DNA from: a virus
Taxonomy: Duplodnaviria; Caudoviricetes
Strand: one strand, 5' to 3'
IMG/VR virus record: IMGVR_UViG_3300028563_000021
Location: 873-64,872 of that record
DNA: 64,000 nucleotides
Shown here: positions 47,251 through 55,772 of the stretch, piece by piece
How the letters are laid out: every line of letters begins with the position of its first letter
Position numbering within the stretch: position 1 is the first letter of the stretch
Program-made: the position numbers and the translations under genes
Notes under the pieces: model-generated
The model's input: only the letters and a program-made list of their open reading frames with translations
Told to the model about the DNA's origin: nothing
Databases searched by the model: none

Positions 47251-48674
47251 CGTGTTCTGCCCATTCTCGTAAATTCGTTAAGTGCGTCCTGGTTGATCTT
47301 CATCGGTGCGACGCCTGGTGCGAACGCCATGATAAAAGCATCGGCTAAATTTGGCGACGGCACATCGCGCTTAGCCAAATCCTTTTTTGCCTCAACTTTT
47401 ACCTTGCCGTTGCTGTCGAAATCGCGCTTGGGCGTCGATAGCTCGTCGATCAAATCATTCAAGTGCGGCAAATTGCCGTCAATGCTGATTAATTCGTCGT
47501 CGTCAAACTGTTCGCCGTTATGTACAGCGTTGTATGTGTTGCGGAATCGATCAGCAACCAGCCACCAGGCCTGCGCCTTGATGTTCAGGAAATGGTCTTT
47601 GTTCTTGATCTTCGGCAGGTAATCGCTTTCGGGCCGGAATACCGCGCCGCCCGCGTTGAACTTTTGATGCTGAATGCGTCCGTCGATAATCGTTTCGTTC
47701 AACTCGGTGAACTTCGCCCCGGCGCTGGCTCCGACTCCAATCGAATCGTATGTGACTGCCGCGCCAACCTCGCGCGCCGCTTTCCATACTCGCGTGCAGG
47801 ACTTCAACAACTCGTCTTCCTGGCCTTTCCAGAGATCAGCCCCGCGCGCCGCCCAGCCATGCACATAGACCATAGCGCACTTGTCCGCGCCGGAATCGGC
47901 AATGTCAAATCCGATCCGCTTGCTGCCGGACACCTCGCGCTTCAACTTCTTGTCTGCGTCGACCGCCGCCAAAATCCACGAACGCTTGATGATCGCGCTG
48001 TCGTCATTGGTTTTCGGCTCGCCCTCGTAGACGTGCAGGTATTCGTCGTAATCCTTGATTTTCGCGGCATCGATGAGTTGCCGCATCGTGTCCGACAAAA
48101 ACTGATTTTCGTCATAATTGATCTTGCGAATCAACGTATTGGGCGGCGGATTTTTGACAAACTGCCGATAAACGAAATCAGTCACCAGTCGCGGATTGAA
48201 GATGATCCAAACCTGCGAGCCTTCTTTGCGAATGGTCGGCTCCAGCACCTTCCATTGCTCTTCGGTGAGGTTGTGAGCCTCTTCGATCCAAAGGATATCG
48301 ATCCCCTCCAACGACTTGATTTCGTCGATGGACCGCCACAGCCCGTAAAACAAGAATTCGCTTTCGGTGTTGCGCTCGATGATCTTGTTGTCCAAAATGC
48401 GAAAGCGATCGCCTAGCTTGTACCGCTCAATTTGCAACTTCAGCAGCGTATAGACCGATTCTTCAATCTTATTCTGAAACTGCCGCACGCACAGGATGCG
48501 CAATTTGCGTTTGCTGGAAAGATGAACCGCCCTACCTGCTGCATCCCAGGACTTGCTTGATGACCGCCCGCCGTATGGCACGCGGTTGCGAATCTTCTCG
48601 CCATCTGGGGTGCGCCACGTGGTCCAGAACTCCTTAAGCGCTGGATTCGGAGACGGCTTGTCAGTCGTCCCCAT
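47247..48674 (-). CDS. terL: terminase large subunit (PBSX-like)
   Basis: YGGRSSSKS Walker A, RQFQNKIEES, WIEEA Walker B, FNP, GFDIADSGAD, SPNLADA. Confidence 0.95.
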   Translation of the reverse strand: MGTTDKPSPNPALKEFWTTWRTPDGEKIRNRVPYGGRSSSKSWDAAGRAVHLSSKRKLRILCVRQFQNKIEESVYTLLKLQIERYKLGDRFRILDNKIIERNTESEFLFYGLWRSIDEIKSLEGIDILWIEEAHNLTEEQWKVLEPTIRKEGSQVWIIFNPRLVTDFVYRQFVKNPPPNTLIRKINYDENQFLSDTMRQLIDAAKIKDYDEYLHVYEGEPKTNDDSAIIKRSWILAAVDADKKLKREVSGSKRIGFDIADSGADKCAMVYVHGWAARGADLWKGQEDELLKSCTRVWKAAREVGAAVTYDSIGVGASAGAKFTELNETIIDGRIQHQKFNAGGAVFRPESDYLPKIKNKDHFLNIKAQAWWLVADRFRNTYNAVHNGEQFDDDELISIDGNLPHLNDLIDELSTPKRDFDSNGKVKVEAKKDLAKRDVPSPNLADAFIMAFAPGVAPMKINQDALNEFTRMGRTR

Positions 48675-49179
48675 AGAATGAATCTAGGCCGGATTCGACA
48701 AGACCCTTTTCCGGTTTTGCCATGTCCTTGTTGGCGTTCAGCAGGTTTAGACCGATTTTCGAGCTTTCGTTTGCCACTTGCGAGAGCGCCATCACAGTCT
48801 TCATGTAGCCTGCTGTGGACTCTGGGTCGGCATCATCAATCTTTTGGACTTGTTCATTTGCGATCGCCTGGCATCGATGCGCCGTCATCAATCCTAACTT
48901 CCCGGCGCTTGCGGCATGTATTGACATAGCGCGCAATTCATCAACAAGACTTGTTGCGATTACCTGTTGCGCAACAGGGAGAGATTTAAGCGCCGATTCG
49001 GCTGCAAGTATTTGATTAGCAACATTTTTTACTGTTGCGATTTGTTGCGAAAACTTGCGAGTAATGGCCGCGCGGTTAATGCCGTACTTTCGAGCAAGGT
49101 CAGCGGCTTTTTCACCCGCAATGAGTCTCGCCCCGATATCTTCCCACTGCTTATCGGTTAATGATGACTTGCGGCCCAT
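48661..49179 (-). CDS. terS: terminase small subunit
   Basis: MGRKSSLTDKQW HTH N-terminus; directly upstream of terL. Confidence 0.8.
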   Translation of the reverse strand: MGRKSSLTDKQWEDIGARLIAGEKAADLARKYGINRAAITRKFSQQIATVKNVANQILAAESALKSLPVAQQVIATSLVDELRAMSIHAASAGKLGLMTAHRCQAIANEQVQKIDDADPESTAGYMKTVMALSQVANESSKIGLNLLNANKDMAKPEKGLVESGLDSFYGDD

Positions 49180-49253
49180 TTACTTCTTCGTGGGGAGCCA
49201 TTGCCCCCAAATGATCATCCACATTGAAAGTGCTGACATGGCGTACCTCAAAT

Positions 49254-49282
49254 AAAAAGCCCGCGACCGTAACAGTGCGGGC
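49254..49282 (-). terminator. terminator-like hairpin downstream of the tRNA
   Basis: GCCCGC...GCGGGC followed by TTTTT on the minus strand. Confidence 0.5.
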
Positions 49283-49323
49283 GAAGCGCCAGATTTGCGG
49301 TCTGACGCGGAGACTCTTGAAAA

Positions 49324-49396
49324 TGGAGCGGGCATTGAGAATCGAACTCAATCAGCGAAGTTTGGAAAACTTGCGGCGCACCTTGCGCTTGCCTGC
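49324..49396 (-). tRNA. tRNA-Gly(TCC), atypical or degenerate
   Basis: Acceptor GCAGGCA/TGCCCGC (one mismatch), loop TT-TCC-AA, T arm TTGAG-TTCGATT-CTCAA, encoded TCCA end; D arm short. Confidence 0.65.
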
Positions 49397-49450
49397 GTTA
49401 TTCGGTTTCCATCAGCGGGACTATTGCAGCCTCACGGCGCTTGGGTGATT

Positions 49451-49657
49451 CTACTTGCTGCGCTCAAACTCTAGCCGCGCATTAATGACTTGCAAATTCA
49501 GCAATGTGATCGCCTTGTCTGTTTTCTCTTGGAACGCGCACAATTCAGCGACCGCATCGCGCATTACCGCTGCATGCGTGCGAAGTTTTGCAAGTTGCAA
49601 CTCGGCGTTTTCGATGTCAGCGAGCGTGGTCACTTGTAAATCTCTTTCGGGCTGCAC
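49451..49657 (-). CDS. small coiled-coil protein
   Basis: Heptad pattern; late-leader gene. Confidence 0.5.
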   Translation of the reverse strand: MQPERDLQVTTLADIENAELQLAKLRTHAAVMRDAVAELCAFQEKTDKAITLLNLQVINARLEFERSK

Positions 49658-49966
49658 GGGACCATGTGAAATTTACCGGTCCCCTGTTGCTCATAAGTCG
49701 TCATGCCGTATATCGACTGCACCGGTACACTTTCCATGATCTCGACACGCTTCGTCGCCGTGGCCGGGCCAAGGTAGAAATCTTTGTCCTTGTCGGCCAA
49801 GGTGTAATTTCGCGCCGTTCGCATTAGCTTACCATGCGCTTGTAGAAAGCCGCTAGCCACGCGGGTTCTGGCCTCGGTGCGACACGTTGGCGCTCGTCGT
49901 GCAGTCGGATCAATGTCGGGCGTTCGTTCAGCTTCAGGAATCGGATAGCGACTTGCATAGACCCTC

Positions 49967-50230
49967 CTACATTTGCTTTTCAGGCTTGCCAGTCGGCAAC
50001 AGCTTCCCGTACTTTTCGTTTTCGCTGAGATTTTTTAGCTTCTCCGGCGAAATCCATTGTTCCAGACAATCCGCTTGGTCGACGAACTCTGCGCGCTTGC
50101 TCGCGTCCATCTTGTTTGCGATATAAGCGATCCCCGCACGGCAGGAATCCATGTCTTTGAAGCCGATGGTGAATTGATATGTCGGGTAAGGCTGGGAGGT
50201 CAAAAGAATTGCCAGGATAAAGGCATGCAT
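49967..50230 (-). CDS. small exported hypothetical protein
   Basis: GGAGG RBS, hydrophobic N-terminus, F.DMDSC...C motif. Confidence 0.6.
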   Translation of the reverse strand: MHAFILAILLTSQPYPTYQFTIGFKDMDSCRAGIAYIANKMDASKRAEFVDQADCLEQWISPEKLKNLSENEKYGKLLPTGKPEKQM

Positions 50231-50480
50231 TTCGATCCCTCCAAAATCAATTGAACGATGGCTAATCCGCACTCCCCGCCTCACAGGCTACCGGGAGTAT
50301 CGCGGCGGCGACCAGGCATTGCCAGCGATGCCGCAGACTGCTGCGACCCGATTTTGTTCGGTTCTGGTTGCGTAGATCGGCTGTCAAACCATCGCGGCTG
50401 GATACTGAAAAGCATGGATTTCAGGTCCATGCATCGGCAGTGTCACAATCCCCATGCGTGATGATTCGGCCCTGAAATAC

Positions 50481-50502
50481 AAAAAGCCGCAATTAAGCGG
50501 CT
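50481..50502 (-). terminator. tR'-like terminator
   Basis: AGCCGC-ttaatt-GCGGCT-TTTT about 140 nt downstream of the late promoter. Confidence 0.7.
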
Positions 50503-50641
50503 ATAGGGAATTCCAAGTCTATCTGAAAAGTGAATTCGTCAAATTTTATCGGCGCGGGTGCAATCATCGTAGCTTTCTTGCGCCGACCTTTGCGTGTTGC
50601 GAATTTCTCGACTTAGACGACGCATCGGTGAATTTTCCGTG

Positions 50642-50671
50642 ATTCTATCAATTAATATTCGTTTGTGTCAA
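50642..50671 (-). promoter_or_regulatory. late promoter (pR'-like)
   Basis: TTGACA-18 bp-TAGAAT with extended TGn; points into the terminase operon, downstream of the Q-like gene. Confidence 0.7.
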
Positions 50672-50700
50672 GTGATTATTTCACGGCGAGGAAAGTATGC

Positions 50701-50726
50701 TAGTGGGGTAGTGGGGTAGTGGGGTA
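50701..50726. repeat. (TAGTGGGG)x3 tandem repeat
   Basis: Directly visible, between divergent promoters; CCCCAC complement at 50733-50738. Confidence 0.85.
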
Positions 50727-50771
50727 TTTTCACCCCACATCAAAATATTTTCGTTTCCGTGCAAATAGTTC

Positions 50772-50800
50772 TTGATTATGTGTACTATGTTGACTATACT
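50772..50800 (+). promoter_or_regulatory. sigma70 promoter of the + strand moron operon
   Basis: TTGATT-17 bp-TATACT. Confidence 0.65.
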
Positions 50801-50838
50801 GAATTCATACCAGCAGCACAAACCCAACGGAGAAAATC

Positions 50839-51012
50839 ATGCTATTCACACCAAACAATCTCAAAGATGCAACACTCGAAGATTTGGATCAAATTCTCGA
50901 GGACACTTGCTACACCGAGAACTGTGTACCGGCAACCGAAGAAGCTGAATTGGATGTAAAAATGCGCAAAGCTGCATACATCGAATATCAACGACGCGGC
51001 ATCGGCTATTAA
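50839..51012 (+). CDS. small acidic hypothetical protein (57 aa)
   Basis: Manual ORF MLFTPNNLKDATLEDLDQILED...RRGIGY with GGAG RBS; below the track cutoff. Confidence 0.65.
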   Translation: MLFTPNNLKDATLEDLDQILEDTCYTENCVPATEEAELDVKMRKAAYIEYQRRGIGY

Positions 51013-51060
51013 ACCCAATCGGCCCGCAAGGGCCATTCTAAAACCCTACAGGAGATCGAA

Positions 51061-51672
51061 ATGAAACTCACGACAACATTTAATAAATTAAAAATCAAAG
51101 GCGCATGCGGTCAGGCTGTCGGGTGCAATAAAGGCTATGACAGACTATCACAATTCCTTGGTGGCTCAGATCAATACGGCAAAACCACGCCAATTAACAT
51201 TTTAACCATCCTTGAATCAAACGGATTCGATGATGCTGTTTGGTGCCTTCGCGCCACGCTTGAATCGGCGGATTCGGTTAAACGACTCATTGCTGCCGAT
51301 TTCGCTGAATCTGTTTTGCACATCTTTGAATCTAAACACCCTGGCGATTTGCGCCCACGCATAGCAATTCAAGCGGCTCGCGATTTTGCAAATGGATCGA
51401 TAACCTCCGATCAAATGACGGCGACTCACCGCGCTGCTGATGCTGCTTATGCTGATGCTTATGCTGCTTATGCCGCTGCTGATGCTGCTTATGCTGATGC
51501 TGCTTATGCTGCTGCTTATGCTGCTTATGCCGCTACTGATGCTGCTTATGCTGATGCTGCTTATGCTGCTGCTTATGCTGCTGCTTATGCTGATGCTGCT
51601 GCTGCTTATGCTGCTCGCAAAAAACATAAAGACGAAATTCTTTCCGCTATCCTCATCAAGCACTTATCGTAA
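51061..51672 (+). CDS. phage protein with Imm5-like helical domain and Ala/Tyr/Asp repeat
   Basis: GAC...GY..L...LG...ILESNG.DDA.W.LR...AADFAE.VL.IFE...P.D.RPR.AI.AAR, then (DAAYAAAY)n. Confidence 0.8.
   Translation: MKLTTTFNKLKIKGACGQAVGCNKGYDRLSQFLGGSDQYGKTTPINILTILESNGFDDAVWCLRATLESADSVKRLIAADFAESVLHIFESKHPGDLRPRIAIQAARDFANGSITSDQMTATHRAADAAYADAYAAYAAADAAYADAAYAAAYAAYAATDAAYADAAYAAAYAAAYADAAAAYAARKKHKDEILSAILIKHLS
51433..51616 (+). repeat. GCT/GAT/TAT codon low-complexity repeat
   Basis: Visible run of gctgcttat/gctgat units. Confidence 0.9.
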
Positions 51673-51779
51673 AGTGCGATCATGTCCAAAGCATCCATTC
51701 AAGTCCGAGTAAAAAGCCAGCCACGTGGCATTTGCCGCAGAACTGGCGCACATTTACATACCTACCCGAGGAGAAAATA

Positions 51780-51959
51780 ATGGCCGCTCGCAAATATCCA
51801 TCAAAGCGCACTCTGGCCGTCGGCCTGGTACGCGCCGGAGCATCGGTAAATGATGCTGCCGCCCGCCTTGGCATTACGCCAAATAATATCTATCGTTGCC
51901 CGGCGTATAAGGAGCTGCTGGCCGAGCGCCAAAAAATAATCGACGAATCTTTGAAATAG
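51780..51959 (+). CDS. small HTH protein
   Basis: GAGGAG RBS; LVRAGASVNDAAARLGITPNNIYR. Confidence 0.75.
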   Translation: MAARKYPSKRTLAVGLVRAGASVNDAAARLGITPNNIYRCPAYKELLAERQKIIDESLK

Positions 51960-51989
51960 TCATCCGGCACTTAACGCGACAACGCGCGG

Positions 51990-52577
51990 CTATACGCGGA
52001 TTTGCCGCGCATTGGCCGCCACATCGCTCAAATCCTGCTCACGCATCGCATATACCGCCCGCGTCGAATGTGAATCAACGATCTCTTGCAAATCAGATAC
52101 CAAATCGAGCGCAATTCCCTTGTCCGGCTCTTTCATCAACAATTCGGCTTTGCCGGTCCCTTTGCAGTGAATACATGTGCGCCGGTCGGAATCGACGCCA
52201 GCGCCTTCGCAGACCCCGCAGCGGTCATCCAAAAAATAGGCTAGTGCAGACTGCCCAACGCGCACATAAAGCGCCTCTGCGCTCGCTGCGTCGCGTCTTG
52301 GAGTGCTTCCGCCTTTGTGCCACTTACGATGTTCGCCTTTGTTGCGCACCATCGGCAACCATATCCGCAGCGCCTCGGAAAAGTTGCGGCACCCTGATTC
52401 GAAAAGCATCTTACTGTTGCCGTCCGCCCAGAGGATGCGGAGAAGAATTGCGCCAAGGCCGGAAATATCCCGACTTGCCCAGCCTGACGCCGCCAGCGGT
52501 TCGCACGAATAATGCCGCTCGCTGTCTTGGAGATTTGAGGAATTAACTGAACGCGCATATGCTTTTTTGAAATTCAA
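51990..52577 (-). CDS. antitermination protein Q-like
   Basis: YARSVNSSNL N-terminus, CGVCEGAG...CIHCKGTG zinc finger, position upstream of the late promoter and terminator. Confidence 0.7.
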   Translation of the reverse strand: MNFKKAYARSVNSSNLQDSERHYSCEPLAASGWASRDISGLGAILLRILWADGNSKMLFESGCRNFSEALRIWLPMVRNKGEHRKWHKGGSTPRRDAASAEALYVRVGQSALAYFLDDRCGVCEGAGVDSDRRTCIHCKGTGKAELLMKEPDKGIALDLVSDLQEIVDSHSTRAVYAMREQDLSDVAANARQIRV

Positions 52578-52607
52578 TTTGCCGTCTCCCGTGCGTTATT
52601 CGGCGCG

Positions 52608-52636
52608 ATAATACCATGCATTGTCAAGTAAATCAA
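52608..52636 (-). promoter_or_regulatory. candidate promoter for the Q-like gene
   Basis: TTGATT-17 bp-TATTAT. Confidence 0.45.
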
Positions 52637-52824
52637 TCGTTAAAACGGCAGTAGAAACCGCAGGCAATAGCCGCTATGCAGCCAGTCGTTGCGCTTGTGG
52701 CGACGCTTCATGCGGACTGTATGCGGAGCCTTCAGGCAGAAATTTTCATCAATGTGTTCGATGATGGTCCCGCGAGTTCTCCCAGCGTACCATCCCTCGC
52801 GCTTGTTCCGGCTGATCGATGGTT

Positions 52825-53112
52825 TCATGTCGGCGCTTTCTGCACAGGATTACGGCTCAATAGTTCTTGAACCTTCTTGTTCGATAACGGAAATTCCAAC
52901 CCATGCCGCACCCGGAAGTTCTGAGGGCTTTCTGTTAATGACTTTTCCCACTCTTCGACCAGAATATCGAGATAGCGCTGACATAAATCCATGACGACCG
53001 GATCGTGCGCCATCCATCGTTGATCATCTTGAATAATCACGCGCAGATATTCCAACTGATTGGCAATCGGCCATTTCCGGCGGCGTTGCCATTTTCTGAA
53101 CCATGCAAACAT
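52825..53112 (-). CDS. hypothetical protein
   Basis: AGGAGG RBS, coupled operon. Confidence 0.6.
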   Translation of the reverse strand: MFAWFRKWQRRRKWPIANQLEYLRVIIQDDQRWMAHDPVVMDLCQRYLDILVEEWEKSLTESPQNFRVRHGLEFPLSNKKVQELLSRNPVQKAPT

Positions 53113-53542
53113 TACTTGCCTCCTTTCAGCATCACATCAATAATTGCAATCGGGATTTCGAATCGGATCACTTCGGTTAGCGCTGCTGTTTGGCGCTCAA
53201 TCCATTCAAGTGCGTGCGGAACACATTGATCGCCATGCGCACCGCACCCAGGAATCGCGGCCAATACCATGTTTCGATCCGCTAGCAATTTGTCGGAAAT
53301 TGCAATTTCCTCTTCCGCCAGTTCCACTCGCTCGATAAGTTCAATAATTGCTTGCGGATTGGCGGTGGAAATAAACTCGGCATCTTGTCCAGTCCCGTGC
53401 TCGCATTGACGATGGAATGCATCGGATAGCTTTGCAACTGGATGATATTGGTTGCTCGTGACTGTTTGCCGTCTTTGGAAATTCTCCAAGGGCCGGGCGT
53501 TGCCATCTCTGCCAGCCGCTTGAGTTCTTTAAGGTCGGTCAT
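53112..53542 (-). pseudogene. Ead/Ea22-like gene split by a 1-nt frameshift
   Basis: LKRLAEMATPGPW in one frame and DAEFISTANPQAIIELI in another; one extra A at 53465-53467 gives ...DGKTVTSNQ... and one ORF. Confidence 0.7.
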
Positions 53543-53736
53543 TTTGCACTCCTATGAATAGCAACAAGTTCATTTAAATGTAATAGATTTGCCATGACCG
53601 CAAGTGATCCTTTAGCGACAGCATTTGCATCTCGGTCTTTCGGCTTATCGAGTGCGCATTGAAAATCTTTAATACAATCGGCCAAAACTTCTTGCTCGAC
53701 GCTGTTTATGGATATTGGCGGACGGATAGCTTTCAT
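53539..53736 (-). CDS. hypothetical protein
   Basis: ATGA-coupled ORF. Confidence 0.55.
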   Translation of the reverse strand: MKAIRPPISINSVEQEVLADCIKDFQCALDKPKDRDANAVAKGSLAVMANLLHLNELVAIHRSAK

Positions 53737-54074
53737 TCTTCAACCTCAATCATAGTTTTATCATCCAATCCAATGACGGTCACTGATCCAATAGGAAGAT
53801 ACCGCGCCGCCTCTAATTGCGCATCATGTATATATTGTAAAAACTGATCAGTGTGGCGTATTGCTCCATCTTGAAACTTTAAAAGCCATTTGTACATTTT
53901 AACTTTTTTAGCCCGAATAATTGCGATATCAAAATCTAGTACATCGCCAGCAACGCATCCTCCTATTTCTTTTGAGGATAAAATAAATGTCGATGAATCG
54001 TCTAGAAACAGAAATCTTGAGCCGTCACTTTGAAGGGTTACCTGCAAAATTTTCTTTTTCATTTTATTTCTCAC
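53733..54074 (-). CDS. hypothetical protein (AT-rich)
   Basis: ORF coupled to the downstream gene. Confidence 0.55.
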   Translation of the reverse strand: MRNKMKKKILQVTLQSDGSRFLFLDDSSTFILSSKEIGGCVAGDVLDFDIAIIRAKKVKMYKWLLKFQDGAIRHTDQFLQYIHDAQLEAARYLPIGSVTVIGLDDKTMIEVEE

Positions 54075-54327
54075 AGAAAGAAAGTTTTAAATGCGTATGC
54101 GAGCGACATAATTAATCCGCTTCCAATCATTTTATTCATCCCGCCACATCCTCCTTTGGTTGACTTGAAATCGCCGTATCTCAGCGGCTTCGAACTCCGT
54201 GCATTCCAACGGATCGCGCCATTTCCGTTGCTCCAAAACCTTCGTCAGCGGCTTTCCCTTGCGAATCTCTTTCAATCGCTTGAGTTCCACAAGGGAGATT
54301 GGATCGTCGGCCATGTTATGCGCTGGG

Positions 54328-54531
54328 TTAGCAATAACCGAGAATCGCGCCCAGCGGAGCGACAAACACGCCGATGATGCGAAGGACTAGAAGTCCGGTG
54401 ATGTCGTTGAAATTGGCGTGCGCGATTGCGATGATGTTCAGAACCCATCCGGTGCCTGCGCCGATCGCCATAGCCAAGATAATCAAAATTCCGATCAGTG
54501 AAATGATTGCGTTGCCTTTTTGCTTTTTCAT
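54328..54531 (-). CDS. small two-TM membrane protein
   Basis: GWVLNI...LRIIGVFVAPLGAILGY; AGGAG RBS. Confidence 0.75.
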   Translation of the reverse strand: MKKQKGNAIISLIGILIILAMAIGAGTGWVLNIIAIAHANFNDITGLLVLRIIGVFVAPLGAILGYC

Positions 54532-54565
54532 TATGAATCTCCTTGTGTTTTACTGCATTGGACTA

Positions 54566-55063
54566 CTAAACCCTCAATACACCAGTTCTATCGAACTCAC
54601 GCAAAGCCGCCCGCGCCGCCCGGTCAATCTGAATATTCGTCACCGTCTGTAAATATGCCATCGTCTTGCCGGTTCCAAGTTGCAGTAAATGCAGTTCGTC
54701 GCCAGTGACAGCAAGCTTCCCGATGCGCTGGGTGCGCTCTTGTATCGCGGCGCATGCCTCTACCATACCTTGAGCGTATGGAAGCACTGAATGGCCGTTT
54801 GGCGCGATCCTGCGCACTATGTCGGCGTTGCTCAGTAAGTCATAGACATGTTGCTCGCAAAAATGAGGTTGACCGAGCGCGAGACTTGCTTGATAGCCCG
54901 GTATCTCCATTTTCACGGCATCACGAATGCCAAGCGGTAAAACGCATGGTTTCGCTCGATACGCCTTACGCGGTTTGGATGACTTCCCCATTTCAGCCGC
55001 CAGCGCCTTCTTCGCATGGAACTTTGCACTTGCCGCAACATCCTTGCCTATGTGTCGGGTCAA
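54566..55063 (-). CDS. hypothetical phage protein
   Basis: SSKPRKAYRAKP N-terminus...R.G....GDEL pattern. Confidence 0.65.
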   Translation of the reverse strand: MTRHIGKDVAASAKFHAKKALAAEMGKSSKPRKAYRAKPCVLPLGIRDAVKMEIPGYQASLALGQPHFCEQHVYDLLSNADIVRRIAPNGHSVLPYAQGMVEACAAIQERTQRIGKLAVTGDELHLLQLGTGKTMAYLQTVTNIQIDRAARAALREFDRTGVLRV

Positions 55064-55457
55064 TCTCTTGCATGACTGGCGGAGCGTGGATTACGTCGGC
55101 ATAGGCGTTGCCAATCGCCGTCATCAATATATCCGTGTGCGCGCCAACCTCTTCCGGCGTGCTCGGGCTCGGTGCGTCCGGAATGGTTTCGAGTATTGCG
55201 TCTAGCTGGCGCTCTGGCATGATCGCGAAAGCTCTGATTACCCGATACCGCGCCGCATCGATCGCGTTTTGTGCGTGAAGTGCTTGAAGTTCTGCGTTCA
55301 ATTTATTCTCCTCTTGGTAAATCGTTGTAAAAACCCCACGAGCGCGCGGCGAATGTCTGCCAGGATGCAATGCCAACGAGTTCGCCGCATTGCCATTGCT
55401 CTCGCTTGCCCGTTTTGATGTTGTCGAATGTGCCGTGTGGCTTCAATTTAGGCTCCT

Positions 55458-55772
55458 TTAAAGTTTGTCTACTTCGTTGTCATTCAAAGATTCCGGCTCG
55501 CCGAGCAAGCAGGACAAGTGCTGTAGCAGCTTGGAGCGGTACGCAGCCGTTACCAAGGGCGCGGAGTTGGGCCGAGCGATTGTCGAAGTCCAATGTATCG
55601 GCAAGCCCATGAGATTCTGCACAAAGTATGGATTGGGTCTCATCGCTGATTGCCGGAGCGAGCCAGGGGAATCGATCGATGATTCCGAACCATCTGGTGT
55701 CGGCTGGGCCAGGGGCGAATAAAGGATGAATGCCGGTAAGCTCGGCCCCGACGGTCGATTGAAATGCTCCAT
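55458..55772 (-). CDS. C5 MTase beta-chain C-terminal part (motif IX), out of frame at the G9 tract
   Basis: RPNPYFVQNLMGLPIHWT resembles motif IX (E...LMGFP). Confidence 0.7.
   Translation of the reverse strand: MEHFNRPSGPSLPAFILYSPLAQPTPDGSESSIDSPGSLRQSAMRPNPYFVQNLMGLPIHWTSTIARPNSAPLVTAAYRSKLLQHLSCLLGEPESLNDNEVDKL

Noticed and set aside
39157-48416. Long + strand ORFs opposite capsid, protease, portal and terminase genes
   Set aside because: Antisense frames typical of biased codon usage; no RBS or domain signal.
51217-51712. Ser/Ile-rich and Leu/Met-rich ORFs
   Set aside because: Alternative readings of the GCT/TAT/GAT repeat in the 51061 gene.
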